64,000 bases of DNA, from contig FLMG01003675.1 of the NCBI GenBank assembly GCA_900088475.1, positions 1-64,000 on the forward strand. Direction: 5' to 3'. The notes under the pieces were generated by a model, which had not been told where the DNA came from, did not search any database, and saw nothing but the letters and a program-made list of their open reading frames with translations. This document shows positions 25,414 to 38,729 of the stretch, one piece after another. The stretch comes from Hyphochytrium catenoides. Lineage: Eukaryota > Protista > Hyphochytriomycota. Made by a program: the position numbers and the translations under genes. The first letter of the stretch is position 1, and every line of letters begins with the position of its first letter.

Positions 25414-26344
25414 GGGATCGTTCTGTACCATCAATTCCAGCATACAGCATAGAATCTGGGTCAGACACAATCGCTGGCCGTGATTATTGCAGCTCGCGCT
25501 GTACCTTGAGACAAGTTAGCTCCCACGCGCCTGATGTCTCTGTGCGACGAGCCTCCATATCTGGGGCCGGTTAGATGATCACTGAGCCATTCTGGTATAC
25601 CAATAGCCTACATCAAGCTTCGATATTCCCATTTCACAGCAGGCAAATCGCCCAATGACTCCACGCTAGGGCCACGAAAGCGCCCTCAACAACCGAATGA
25701 GGGCCTGTCTGGATAGAGTTTCACTCCTCCTCAGACGATATGCTTATTAGATCATTCCTTGCCCACTCCTTCCACCACCAAGAAGGTCAGCGTCAGAGGA
25801 AGCGTTCAAATCAGTTCCGATGCCAATGCCCTCCACTTTCTCTTCTTCCATCGAAGAACCGTCGTAATGTCTCGTTGTCAAAACGTATGTCTGAGTTTCT
25901 TATAAGGCGAGTGACAGCAAAATCTCACCTTTTTGAGCTAACTTCTTTCTTCAGTTTCCAGGCGAGCGCTGAGTACGAGAGTACGAGTCTGCTGAGGAGT
26001 ACGTACGACTACCTCCAATGTGTACAGCGTCAATTTCGGGTGTTTATATAGCCGTTAGCAGTCTTGGGAGATCAGAGTCACAGTGCAATGAATCGGCAGA
26101 TCTCTGTCGAAATCTTTCTCCTTCATCACACAGGTTGTCAAGGAGCTGCTCCTGCTATGCTGCTCCGCTATCACTCTTTGGAGCACGTGAATAGGCTGAC
26201 AGGTTGTGAGCTTTGAAGCTTCAGAAGACAGACTTGGCCATAGTGCAAATTAGCGCGGACGTGTTGTTACGTCAAGCCAGTCGTCAGAGTGTACCTCGAT
26301 CCTTTCTTACTCGAGCGCCAAGTCTCTACGTATCAAAAGGCACC

Positions 26345-28792
26345 ATGGTGCAGGTCAAAGTGAAGTGGACCAAGAACACCTACGATGTTGAGGTTGATCC
26401 TTCTGAATCAGTAAATACCTTCAAGGCCCAGCTGTTTGCGCTCACTGGTAAAGCGCAACGTGCTCTGGTGGCTTAGATCGTCCTCGCGTTATCTGACAAA
26501 TCTACGTCACTTATTCATCTTGCAGGGGTTCCTGTAGACCGTCAAAAGCTGATGTCGAAACATTGGAAGGGCATGCTGAAAGATGATGCAAATATGGGTT
26601 CATTAGGCCTAAAGGATGGCTCTCAGATAATGCTGATGGGCTCCGCAGAAGTGGTTGTTGCCCCTGAAAAGAAAGCAGTAAGTCAAAAGGAGGATTACTT
26701 TTGTCTGTAAAGCTTTCCCAAAGTCTTAACCGCTCGTGTGCCAGGTCTTCGTCGAGGACCTTCCTCAGGCGGAGATTGCCAAGTCAGGCCACGAGCTTCC
26801 TGCAGGACTGAATAACCTTGGGAATACTTGCTACATGAATGCGACCTTGGAGGTCTGTCTGCCTGCGAGTGTTCGCCCCCTTCTCCGCATTTCTGAACTG
26901 ATCGCTCTTGTAGTGTCTACGTAATATCCCCGAGCTGCGCACGGGCCTTGCCAGTTTGAAGAGTTCCTATACCTCTGACACTGACAACAACCTTACGATT
27001 GCGCTGCGCGACACGATGAAACAACTAGACTCAAGCATTGATAGCGTCTCTCCAGTTATGTTCCTAGAGGTAACAACCAAGACTAGTGCCTTTAATCTCG
27101 CTTCTTCTGAGAACGCCTTATCGCACCCTCCGCGAAGACCTTGCGGCAGGCATATCCGCAGTTTGCACAAACGGGACGCGGTGGATACATGCAGCAGGTA
27201 ATGCAATCAACCCATGAAACGTAGATACGATGCCTTTCCCTCAAGTATTTTTGCCACAGGACAGTGATGAGTTTCTCCAGGTGTTGTTGACTACATTGTC
27301 AAGGAAACTCGTACAGCCCGTGGGTATGGAAGACCTGCAAAATGCTTCCAGCTTAGTAGATGCGCTTTTTGGCATGGAGCTGAAGGAGACGTAAGCTCGT
27401 CAAGTTTGACGCTCCAATTGCTTTGAGACGCTCACTGTTACCCAATCCACGAATAGGTACAAGTGCACGGAAACAGACGCCGAGCCCGTTGTTGCTCGGC
27501 CTGCTCACACTTTTAAGCTCGTCTGCAATATTAGCAACGAGACCAATCATTTGTCCGAAGGTATTATAGCTGTGGGGTCCTTCTTGAGCAAGCCTACTGA
27601 CATCCTCCGCAAGGTATTCGACTGAATCTTGTGGGGACTGTTGAGAAGAGGTCAGATGTTCTTGGCAGAGATGCTGTGTGGGAGAAGACATCTCGCATCA
27701 ACAGGTAAAGCTAGGGAATTGACGAAACCGTTAATTTAATCTCTAACCAGGCGGGTTCCACGCGTCTATAGGTTGCCGCGGTACATCTGTGTGCAGTTCC
27801 TTCGTTTCTTCTGGAAGCCCACCCCAGATTCTAGAGACCATGCTGGCGTCAAATGCAAAATGCTTCGGGTAAGGGCTCATTAGGTGGCTATTCCGCTTTA
27901 TCCATGGGTCTCACGGTTTTCTTCAGCCCATTACCTTCCCTCTCGTCCTCGACACTTTTGAGTTCTGCTCCGACGAGCTCCAGAGTGTCCTCAAAGTACC
28001 AAGAGACAAGTAGGTTATCGAATTTTTTGTAGATGGGAGGCGATAGATGCCAAGTGCTTACTCTGTCCTGTCAGACACGCTCAGGATATGCTAAATGAGT
28101 TCAAGAACAAGGACGGCGTGGAGGAAACGAAGGTAAGGAGAAACTACGCATTCGTGCTTAAGAGCAAAAGAACGGACACATACATGTGAATGTACAGGGA
28201 GAGGACGAGACGATGGCTGACGTAGACTCAGAAGAAAAGGCGGCTTTAGAAGCAGCCAAAGCCCTATCAGTAACGGGTCGGACAGCGGGGCCAGGTCTGC
28301 CAGCTGATTTTAAGGTAAAACATCCTTTGTAAGGCCAAAATTTAGCATTGGCCTGACTAATGGGTGTTTCCCTAACAGGGCTACTATGAGTTGTTTTCTC
28401 TCGTAACCCATAAAGGCAGATCTGCAGATTCCGGACACTACATGGGCTGGGTTAGACAGAAAGGAGGTCAGGAATCGTTCTCTTCAATCTAGCTTAAACT
28501 GGATTATTGCACTAACGGTTCAGTGCCTCTACTGTCAATGCAGACGACTGGCTTTGTTTTGACGATGATCAGGTCTCAGCGTGTAAGTCAGAGGACATCC
28601 TGAACCTGAAGGGCGGAGGTGAGAATGAACGATTATCCGACCATAGTGTCATTAATTACGGACTGACTCTTCCGCCTTTCGCTGCTCCTCTCTCCGACCG
28701 TGGCATACTTCCTCTACGTCCACTCATTGCCGCCTACTCTTTTAGGCGACTGGCACATGAGCTACCTAGCCTTCTACCGGTACAAGGATTAG
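26345..28792 (+). CDS. USP14: Proteasome-associated deubiquitinase USP14/Ubp6, many short exons
   Basis: N-terminal UBL (MVQVKVKW...FKAQLFALTGVPVDRQKLM), Cys box GLNNLGNTCYMNATLE, His box THKGRSADSGHYMGWV, WLCFDDD and C-terminal LKGGGDWHMSYLAFYR. Confidence 0.95.
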
Positions 28793-29781
28793 ACTGACAG
28801 CATCCCGTAATACGATTGTATTTCGTAAGGTTAATCGTAAGCCTATCATCATCTTGAGTATCTTGGGTTTCTTCATCTTCCCTTGGACTCTTCTTTCCTA
28901 ATCAAGGGCGTGGCCGCATTCCCCTTGTCGGTTGCACGGGGAGCACACGCTTCCACCCTTCCGCTTCGTCTACCAGATGACCCTCCCAGATCGATCTGTT
29001 GGTTCTTTGAGGGTAAAAGAAGTAGATGATCCTGAAGATCCGTTCGGCTTGATTACGAGGAGCGCAACGCGTTACTGCTGGCTGGTCCTTAGCTATGATC
29101 ACCTGCCTTGAAGCTCTTGACACGATACAATGAAGACGGAGGAAATCTAGATGTCTGATCATCCCTTATGACAGCACGGATACGTTTAGGATAGAATGAT
29201 TGCGGGGCAAGCTTCAGAAAGCCATCTTCATTACACCTGCAGTCCTACCTTTGTCTCTGACGGCGTATTGTGGCGGACAGAACAGTCTTTACTGGGACAT
29301 TGCAAGCAATACCAAAAGCCCTGTATCACTAGACTTGCATCCCAACATAGTCTGTTTTGGTACCAGCTCCAGATTTTGTCGCTTTAAACCCCTTATGAAA
29401 CATTTGGGTATAAATAGAGAGAGGAGGGAAGTGGAGATGGGAGAAGGAGAGAACAGACAGAGGGAGAGCGATATAGTGCAGAACACCCGTCATAGAAGAG
29501 CGGCGAGATATGGTGATAAGAAGGCGGCGGGAGAGAAAGAGCCATCGCTTTTCAGTGGGTCGCTTCTGACACTCTTCACTCATATCTCTTACACTCTCTA
29601 TTTCATTCAAGATTTGGAAAATTGGTTATTCTTTAGAATCTCCTCCATAATCTGTCTGGAGGCCGCCCTTGCCGTCCTTGCTATATGCACTTCTGAGCGT
29701 GAGCCGTGTTATCGTGCTCTGTCATGCGTGCTGACAAGCAGAAAAAGCGTTGACGACACAGCAGCAGTGGATAGAGGGTAG

Positions 29782-32069
29782 CTCAGTGAAGAGGAAGTAC
29801 CACGCGGTGAATGGCTGCCGAGGAGAGGAAGGCAGAATCCTCGGGACGTTGTACCTGAAGTTGACAAGGAAAAGGTTGGCTTTGTTGCTAGAAGCAGAGG
29901 GGAGGGTCGGCCCAGTGCGAGGATGGAGTCCAGAAGCAATTCAGCAGAGACTGGCCTTGGGTCCGTGAAGCCGGCCGCGGAAGAGGAGTATATGCCCATG
30001 ACCCCCGCCTCCAGTGAGTCTTCTGCTAGCACCTCTTCTGACGCGATGACGCAGCTTCTCGCTTCAGGGTACTCCTCAGACCGCCTCCTCCCAAATGTCC
30101 CACGTCTGATGTTTGGTACTCTTCTTGGCTCCTTGCCCTCATACGTCAAATGACACTAGTTTTTCCTTTCCGTGACTGAGGTCACTTTGACCGTCTTCAA
30201 GTTCGTTCTGCCTCTGCACGCGCCTAAATCAGCGAACCTGACCCTTACTTAATGAAGCCAAAGGCCCGGGTCTTTACACCCCCTCTTATGAGGAAGATCT
30301 AGAGGTGAAGGAAGGGGATGAAGCGCTTATGAAGAAGGCCAAGTCGGCTCCTAGGACAGCTGTGCCTACTGAGTCGGCTCCGAGGACAGCTGTGCCTACT
30401 GAGTCGGCTCCAGCTATCCCCGAAGTTACGACAAATCCTGGAGTGGTAAGGAGTGAGGAGAATTGACGAGACAGCGGAGCCAAAGCTCACAAATGTTTGG
30501 ACAGCATGCCTTCAAGGGACCGGATCGCTCCGGGAAGGTTCAAGTACTTCACAGCATACGAAGCATTGACTCCGCCAGTAGAAAGCCCAGGTCAGGCGAC
30601 TCCTTAGCTCTCCCTTTCTAGCTTCTCCTCTGATTCTCATAGAAGCCCCTACTCCCTTGCTGCTATAAAATCTGGACGTTTTGGATGATTCTATATGGCC
30701 TACCCGGCACTTGCTCACGATCCCTGTGAAGGTTTCATTCAACACCAATGGAACAGCCGCCGGATAGGAAGTCTTCACGATCAGGAGAAGGCAGGGAGTC
30801 TCCCAGGTCGAGTGCCTCGCTTGTTACCGGACGCATGTTTTCTGCGGGAAAGTTCCTCGGCACTAAGGTGAGCGGGGGCCCAGGGTTTGCCGTCACGCTG
30901 TACAATGAATAATGCGGACTTGCCTCGAAGTCCAAAGCATGGTTTTATCCTTTTGACTCCCTTAGTGTCAGGGGTGGCAGCCCATTGCTTCTAGAAGCCT
31001 CATCAGAATATGATGTCTCCAACTATCGTCAACCATGTATTTTCTCCGAGTGGACGGCGCCGTATTCTGACCGGTCTTAGTTTGCCTACTTCTTTCTCTA
31101 GTCTCTACTTCTTTTCTTTCTCTGGTCTCTGCGATCTGTTCTCATGACTAACAGTTTATTTTCACTGTATGTCTCCTCACATTGCTCAGCTCTTCAACGT
31201 GACGTCGGCTGCAGCTCACAGCCTAGGGTTGACAGAAGAGAAGGTTAATGAAGGGACCTTCTGCGATGGCTGCGGGATGATGCCCATTCTGGGAAGTGTT
31301 TGGGAATGTACACGCTGCGAAAAGTTCTTTCTCTGCAACAACTGTTATGAAAGAGGAAGGCATGGCTTTGAGAATGACAAAGAGATGATGGAAAAGCAAC
31401 GTCACTATGCCATGGAGGAGCTGAAGTACAAGTATAGGGCTCTGCCACAACGGCTTATAGAGATACTGATGATAGATGTCTGCAAGGACAGTCCAGACAA
31501 ATTCCAATACTTGGTAAGAAAGCAAGTCACATCGAAATGTCTGAAATGATTGCAAAGCGCGTAAGAGAGGGTTAGCCCTGTACACCATACCTTGGCAGCG
31601 AAGACCCTAACATCTGCGGCTGCGGCTGTAGGGCAATTGGGTTGGCTCTCTCGTGTCAGGGAGGCCGGTAAAGACCTTGCAAGTCCGGGGAGTGGAGATT
31701 CCTCGGTTGTCGCCAGACATTAGACAAGAGATGGTCCAGCTGCTAATGCCGATAGTAACAGTTAGAGAGGATATTGAAGTCTTTTTCGAGTGGCAGACCG
31801 AGGTAAGGGGAAGGAGGAAGCACTTGTCTCTTTCTTTCGCTCTAATTCCTGTCCACTCGGACTTTGCCATGGCCTTTGCCGCCACTGACTCTATTACGGA
31901 GCTTATGAAACTCCTCCATCTTCAATTGACCTACTCACAGTCAAATCTATCGCCGACGTAGGAAGAGAATCAGACGGACTTGTTGCGCATTTGGGTCTCA
32001 GATAGAAAGACCAAAACCAGCTCGCCTTTCGATCCCATGAGACCATCGGTTCTCCCCAAAAAGAGCTGA
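29782..32069 (+). CDS. ZZ-type zinc-finger protein, multi-exon; 5' structure uncertain
   Basis: Exon about 31190-31513 encodes GTFCDGCGMMPILGSVWECTRCEKFFLCNNCYERGRHG (ZZ finger). Downstream exons about 31632-31802 and 31962-32069 (TGA). Low-complexity upstream exons near 29782-30070 and 30303-30445 are tentative. Confidence 0.7.
30342..30412. repeat. 30-bp tandem repeat (about 2.3 copies), probably coding SAPRTAVPTE
   Basis: agtcggctcc(t/g)aggacagctgtgcctactg twice, plus a partial third copy. Confidence 0.9.
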
Positions 32070-32271
32070 GGATCTCTTATTAACTCCCGCTCCATTTCTG
32101 TATATAAAGCCCGGGTATCCAGGGCCACCAAGGTGGCCCCTAATAACAACTGAAGAGATCCAGCTGCATAGAGCTAGTGTGTGGACGTACAAAGGGCCTC
32201 GATCATTTGCAAATCAGCATTACATATTTAAGTTAAATAATAGGCGCCGGCGGCGCCACAGCAGTCTCTAC

Positions 32272-34181
32272 TTAGAGTGCTGCCGCTGTGTCCTCTGATG
32301 GGCAGGCCGCTAGTGTCCTGCGTAGAGCTATGCCGAAGTCTTGAATATCTTCCTTTGTATTGTGAGCATGGATTATAATGCGAAGCCTCTCCTCGCCTTT
32401 GGGCACCGTGGGACTCCTTATGGCCTTAACTAGAAACCCTTCCTTTTGTAGCATCGATGCTACGGCTATAACGCGGTGGTTGCCTGGTACAACAAGCCCC
32501 TGAATGGGTGAGTCGCTATCCAATAAGCGCACACTGCCCTGGAGAAGATTCTTGCATTCTTCTTTGACGATTGAGCGAAAGAAACGAGTCATCGCCGTTA
32601 GGTGCTCTCTGGCGTCTATTGCCTCTTGCTCTTGACAGGCAATGTGCAACATCTTAATGGTCCCAATCATATCTAGTGGCAGAGCTGTTGTGTAGATGAA
32701 AGGCCTAGCATAGTTTATCAGGTACTGCTTCAAGGTATTGCTACAGCAAACAACCGCTCCGTGATACCCCATCGCCTTGCCGAAGGTGTAGACGGTGCAA
32801 AGAATTCTGTCTTGCAGCCGAAGTGCGTATGTTAGTCCTCTTCCTCCAGGGTATGAGCCTTGCAAGCGAAGACAGAGAAGGAGTAGTCAGCAGATTTCAA
32901 AGCAACATGGGTGGCCCTTCCTGGCACATGCCAGCGCCTGAAATACAATGGTTGTTACCGGTAGTGTGCGCCTCATCGACGATAAGGTTTGCCCCGTATC
33001 GTTCACAAAGATTGGTTAGGTCTTCCAAAGGCGCGTAATCGCCGTCCATGGAGTAGAGAGACTCCACGGCGACAATGATATTCCTAGGATTGCCACTGGA
33101 AGTTGAGATGTGCTCCTTGAACTTCTGCTCTAGATCCTAAAGACTCCGGCTTCATGTTAGCTGCAGCCACAAAAGATGCTTTGTCTCATTGGGGCGTTTG
33201 GAGTGCTGAAGCTGAAGGGAATTATGGAGGCTGGCGGAAGAAGGGAAGACAATGCCAGAGGCAAGTAGAGAGAGATCAAAGAGAGCGGATGTGATATTAT
33301 GACATAGAGATGCGGATCGAGACAAGAGAAACCAGAGAGAGAGAGAGAATAAGAGAGTGCGACGGGAGAGAGAAAGATAGAGTGAGAGGTTACCTCCAGG
33401 TCATTGTGTATGAACTCTATGCACTTAGCTCTCGTTATTTTCATCCCTTCCCGAAGGGAATTGTGGTCCAGACTGTCATAGAACAAAATGTCTCCTTTCT
33501 GCGGCACATAAGCTACGAGGCTAAGGTTCAGCAGGTAGCCAGAACCAAAGAGCAGGGCCGCCTCGCTAAAAGGTTGGAACAGACATCAGGTCGTGGCGTA
33601 GGGCTAAGGGAGACGGAAGGTACTTAGTACCAAGCTATGATAAAGTCATACCTTCCGTAGTATTCGGCTAAATAGTGCTCCACCTCTTCAGCATATGCGC
33701 TGTTACCTGTGAGCACCCGCGACCCTGTAGCTCCCAAAGATTGCGTCTCTGGAGCCCTCAGTAGGCGCTCTCTCTCGTCTCTAACCTAAACCACAGACAA
33801 TCAGTGACAAATCGGTTACTTGACGAAGAGAGAGTTACTTGGCTAAGATAGAAGGGCATTTTGGAACACGGAAATCGGCGAGGCAAGAGACGCACAAGTT
33901 TTCCATACCACGCGAGATGAGGATGTCTCACCTTCTTGTGGACAACAGGGCTCCTTGCGAACCCAAGGTAGTCATTGCTACGGATATCAAGACAGACGTC
34001 AACATTGGGGATGATGCGAAGCTTTGACAGCGTATGAGTCGAACGATGTGGCGCTGGCACTATACCTGCAGAAGTCGATTACATTCTTATCAGCCAGGGC
34101 GCTGGGAAGCACTCTGAGTCCGCCTGAGTCTTCTCTTCGCTTTAGACACTCCTCAAGGTCTGAGAGAAGAGAAGACCTCAT
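32272..34181 (-). CDS. bioF: 8-amino-7-oxononanoate (KAPA) synthase, PLP-dependent, multi-exon
   Basis: DFCSNDYLG, GATGSRVLTGN, YDSLDHNSLREG, VAVESLYSMDGDYAPL, IVDEAH, TFGKAMG (PLP lysine), YLINYARPFIYTTA and AIRSPTVPKGEERLRI. Confidence 0.93.
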
Positions 34182-37100
34182 CTGTCTGCTCTTTCAGTGC
34201 CTGGGGACAGTGGTGCTGCCCATGAAAGATTAAAAAAGCTCCTACGCGCTTCTCTCCTTGCTTCCTTTTCTCAGGATTCACTGTCTTCAGCAGAAAGAGG
34301 CAGCGTTCGTACAGCTTGGTGCGGCGTAGGGGACGCTAGAGGGTCTATAATCAGGAGCAACAAGCTAAGCTCACTTCATTGCTTCGTTCAGCAATGGAGA
34401 ACTGCTCTGGCATGAGTCATGAAGCTTGCTGTGGAGCCCGTCAATGCTGAAGTGACAGAGGTAGGTGCGCACCTTGTAGCGCTTCTTGATGCTCTAAATA
34501 GATCATTACTAAGCGGGCTATAGAGCCTAATAAACCTTAGCGAGACAGTAGTACTACTATGACTAGCGTCAGAACAGCCCACATTTCAAGGACGTACAAC
34601 CCTGTCAAGTTATGATGATTTCTTCTTACACCAAGGTGGTGCATTCCTAGTTTTCTATGACAGCCTGTGGATATATATATTATATATACTGGTCGGATGC
34701 CGTCACGTTAGCTGTTACCCAGCAGCAGGTAATAACCCCAGTCAGGCGGAAGATGTGAGACGAAGCTTGTCGGCCCAAAGGAAGGAGCGAGCTTGGGCGC
34801 ACATGCATGACTGTCACTGCTTGCACCACAGCAATATAGGCACGTTATCTCATCAGCTTTGAGAACGTATTTTGAAGTGATGTTCTGGATCACAGAGCAG
34901 ACTTCTTTATAATAACATCACAGCAACTCAACAAAAATGGCAACTGGAACCGGCCTTCTGACGGCAAGAGAGGGCTAACAGGAGTTTGTGGAACTAACGA
35001 CGCAGACACCTGTATCCACTCCAATCTACTGAGCTGAGCTGCTGGGCTTAACGTCTACTCCAGAGCCTAACAGATACCCTAGCTTGTCTGGCATGTCATC
35101 TAAATCCGGGGGGAATAATCTTAACGGTGGCAGCGGAGGAAGAACTTAGAATTTCACGCCGCTGCTGCCAGTGCAAAACCCAATTCGTCCTTGAGCACCA
35201 CCGGAGAAATCTCCATCAAGATTGAGTTGAAGAAAAAAGGTAGGGAGTAGGAAGGACTTTGGCTAGGCTTCATTTGTTTAGTCGGGCAGGCATTCTCTGA
35301 TAACAACAAGGTCCTTCACAAGGGAAGTAATTCCGTGTCTTTTCACCCTTCACTCGTCATGGCACCCCTCTCAATTACAAGGTCGAAATGAGTGATGGGT
35401 ATCCTCTACTAGTCTTTACTGACTTATTGGCGCTGGGCCGCCGCATGGCGCCTGAGAAACCTAATCCTTGCCATCTCTGCAATGACAAGCATGTTGATAG
35501 TCGGGTACTGATAGCCTCGCGCGGCCACAGAGCCAGCACTGATGACAGAAAGCCATGGATAACTTATTCAACAAAAGAGAGTTTATCCAGCACAACCAAT
35601 AACATAGGAGTGCTTTCATGTTCGGAAAAAGAGAAGCCGCTTTTGCAGGCCAGACGCCTCACTATCACTCAACCCGTAGCAGCATTGGGCCTAGAAGGTC
35701 AACCATGCACAAAGGGCCAGGAGGAAAGGCTCGACTTCAATCGAAGTTGACGACCAAGCTATTAGAAGCTATCTCATCCCAAGCCGATTATAAGTAAAAC
35801 ATCGTCAATGATCGCAGAAGCCGCGGTTTTAGTGTGCAAGAAGTTATAACTGCCCGCTGCTGCAACTTGAAGAATTCAGGAGCAATGATAGGACCAACAG
35901 CAGTCGCAAGGAACCGACTCTGAGCAATCTTTGTCCCAAGGCCGGACTACAACCTGAGCTTGAGGCTTGGCGGGTAGCACAAACATTTGTAGACAGCTGA
36001 TGTCGCCAGGATAGACTGTGCTACCGTGCACGAAGACGTGTATTGGATTCGAACCAAGTGGATGCTCGGCACGCAAATTGAGCTTTCTTCCGTTCAACGC
36101 ACATCATCACTCAAGTTCAGCTGAAGCAAGTTCGGCGGAACTAGGGTTAATGAGTGACACAAGGAGCTGTGGTGGGTGGACAAGAGGCACATAGAGAGCC
36201 ACAACCGATGGGAAGACAACGATAAAGAGGCATTCACAAAGAAGGAAGAGACAGGGACTCAAAACAGCAATAGAGGAACACGGCCAAACTGGGTCTAAGA
36301 AACTTGCGACTGTGTGGAAAACACCCATACTTTGATAATTGCCAAGAATAACTTTCTTGACAGTTTGGACGCCCATGGGACTTAAGTTCTATTTGACAAT
36401 TGTGAATTATTCTTCCAGAGGGACAGATGACTCCTGCTATTTTGGTAAATTTACATGCTGGTCAGGAATCAAGATTCAAATTCTGTTAACTCGCGGGAGA
36501 TCTTTTGTGTCAAGCCGTCGCAGTAGTAATAAGATGATCCACCACTGCCTAGAGCTATCTAACTCTAGTAATAGACGCAGATTTATTCTGCGGATAAGAT
36601 CGTGATGGAGCTGTCCGGCGCTGCATGGAGAGGATCATCTCTGGGACACTGCTTTTACGGGCATTTCAGCACTAAGAAGACTCAAAAAAGATTCGTCCAA
36701 ATGCTTGGCATTTGAAGGCAAACAGAGAGACAGAGATAGAATGACTAGTCATAGCGGGCTGATCGGATGATGGGATGATGGCTTTTCGGACTGGTAGAGA
36801 TGCAGGAAAGGCTCTTCTTCTATGCCTTGCAAAAAAGAATGATGGAAGTCTTCTTTGGTTGTCGACCAAGGTAGAGGAAACTTGCTGAAAGGGCTCGTCG
36901 CAGTGCTTGTCTGTGTCTGGGTTAGCTACTGATGACAGCAGGACGTCTCTCTAGAGAGCATGACAACCTTTGATGAAAAATGGACAAGCTCAACAGTCAA
37001 TGACAGAGGAAAGAGGGGAGCGCCATGAGAGACCATCATACTAGCTACGTAGTGGAACATTGGTCGAAAAAGAGGTTGGGAGGTATGGGTAGACTTTGGC

Positions 37101-37519
37101 TCTTGTATCGGTGTTGCCTCTATTTGCTCATCCTTCCTTGGCCCCGTTTGGCCCGCCATAAGGGAAGTGAGGGTAACAAAGACATCGCCTACGAGTACGT
37201 GAGCTAGGGAGGGAATCTTCAAACGTTCGTTTCTGCATCTTCTCTCCGAAGGCCGTTGCTCATCATCTAGAGTAAATCTTGGCAGCTGGCCTTCTGTAGG
37301 ACCAAACTGCTTGGCTCCAGCGTACTGCCGAACAGCCAGTCTAAGTACCATGCATCGCTCAGTAGATAGACTGCACATACTCATTTTCAATTCTCCTTCC
37401 TAGAAGGCAAGCCCCCCACTAGGAAGTGGAATTTGACGACGAAGAGGACACTTCAGAGACTAATCGCAACTAGACAAGAAAAAACATCAGTAGTACCTTC
37501 TCCACCAGATTTGGGCTTA

Positions 37520-38281
37520 ATGAAGACCTTCACAGTAGCAATCGTCCTTGCTGCATTAAGTAGCCTCTCTGGCCCCTTCACTTCATGTAGGGCTGAGCAG
37601 ATACAGACGTCAAACTCCACATTCCTCCGAGGACCATCGTCTTCAGAACTAGAACCCAAGGCGTCAGGAAAGGCCGCATTTCAACTATACCTTTTCGCCC
37701 AGACCTGGCTCCCGAGGTTCTGCCTTGGCACCTCATATCCTGGCTGTCAGGAGCCGTTGCCCGTCTGGAACCAAGCCGCCACCATTCATGGTCTGTGGCC
37801 CGAATACGACGACGAAAGTGGTTCCGCTTCCAACCCTGGACCATTTAACTGTGCTCAGAACTATGATTCCTCGCTCGTTGATAACGAAGATCTTATTGAG
37901 GCGTGGCCCAACGTAAAGTCCGGTGCAGACCCACTCTCAGAGGAATATCATGATTTCTGGGAGTATCAGTGGAACAAGCATGGCTCCTGCTCCGGATTGC
38001 GGCAGGCAGATTACTTTCGGCAAGTCATCGCCTTGTTTAACTCTTTCCCTACTCCAGCAGTGCTGCGGGAGAACGTGGGAGATAGTGTCCCATTAACCAC
38101 GCTTGTTAACGCATACGGTGGCAAGGGTTATGTCGCTTTTCGATGTTCAGGCAAGCAATTGCAGGAGATCAGAACTTGTTGGGAAAAGAAGCCCGATAAT
38201 AGCGTCGGGAAGCAGGTTATGTGTCCGGCCTTTGTCCAGAGCTCGTGCACCAGCTCGTTGGTTGTCATAAGCTCCTTTTAG
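37520..38281 (+). CDS. Secreted ribonuclease T2 family protein (intronless)
   Basis: Hydrophobic signal MKTFTVAIVLAALSSLSG; CAS I ATIHGLWP; CAS II FWEYQWNKHGSC; conserved cysteines. Confidence 0.95.
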   Translation: MKTFTVAIVLAALSSLSGPFTSCRAEQIQTSNSTFLRGPSSSELEPKASGKAAFQLYLFAQTWLPRFCLGTSYPGCQEPLPVWNQAATIHGLWPEYDDESGSASNPGPFNCAQNYDSSLVDNEDLIEAWPNVKSGADPLSEEYHDFWEYQWNKHGSCSGLRQADYFRQVIALFNSFPTPAVLRENVGDSVPLTTLVNAYGGKGYVAFRCSGKQLQEIRTCWEKKPDNSVGKQVMCPAFVQSSCTSSLVVISSF

Positions 38282-38729
38282 TGATTTTGATGTGTAGCAG
38301 TCTTATCTGTCCGTGCATTTGCACCTCCTTGGGCACTGGCCGTTCCCATTGATTTTGAGAGTTAGTGCCTAGTGGGACATAAGCCTGAAGCCTCACTGAA
38401 AAGCTAGGCTAGATCGTCCAGGCAATAGATTGTCCAGATTTCTATGTTCAACATAAGATCATAAAGCTTTCGTTCGAACCGTAGTGTTCGGCTCACCACT
38501 TGTTGGCTTGTGCAGAATAAGAAAGAGGTCGGACGTCAACAGTCAATGGGAAAAGTTGGCACTATAACCTGTTTCTAAGCAACCCGCACGTCGACGGTTC
38601 CGTTCTTGAGCTAGCGGCGGGCAAAGGTTATAATTTAGAAGCGCGGGAAGCACACGATAAATTCTAACTGTCAAGAACTGAACTTTATTGTTGTCGGATC
38701 CTATGGCAGCATAAGAAGAAGAGAGAGGT

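Noticed and set aside
29779-29781. TAG separating two in-frame ORFs, raising possible stop-codon reassignment
   Set aside because: TAG, TAA and TGA all terminate well-conserved genes here (USP14, H4, H3); this TAG is more simply a splice acceptor or lies upstream of the true start.
24118-30412. 51-bp and 30-bp repeats as a CRISPR-like array
   Set aside because: Only 2-2.3 directly adjacent copies without spacers, in a eukaryotic context.
34900-37400. Possible degenerate transposon in gene-poor DNA
   Set aside because: Stops in all frames and no RT, integrase, DDE or recombinase motif or terminal repeats that I can identify.
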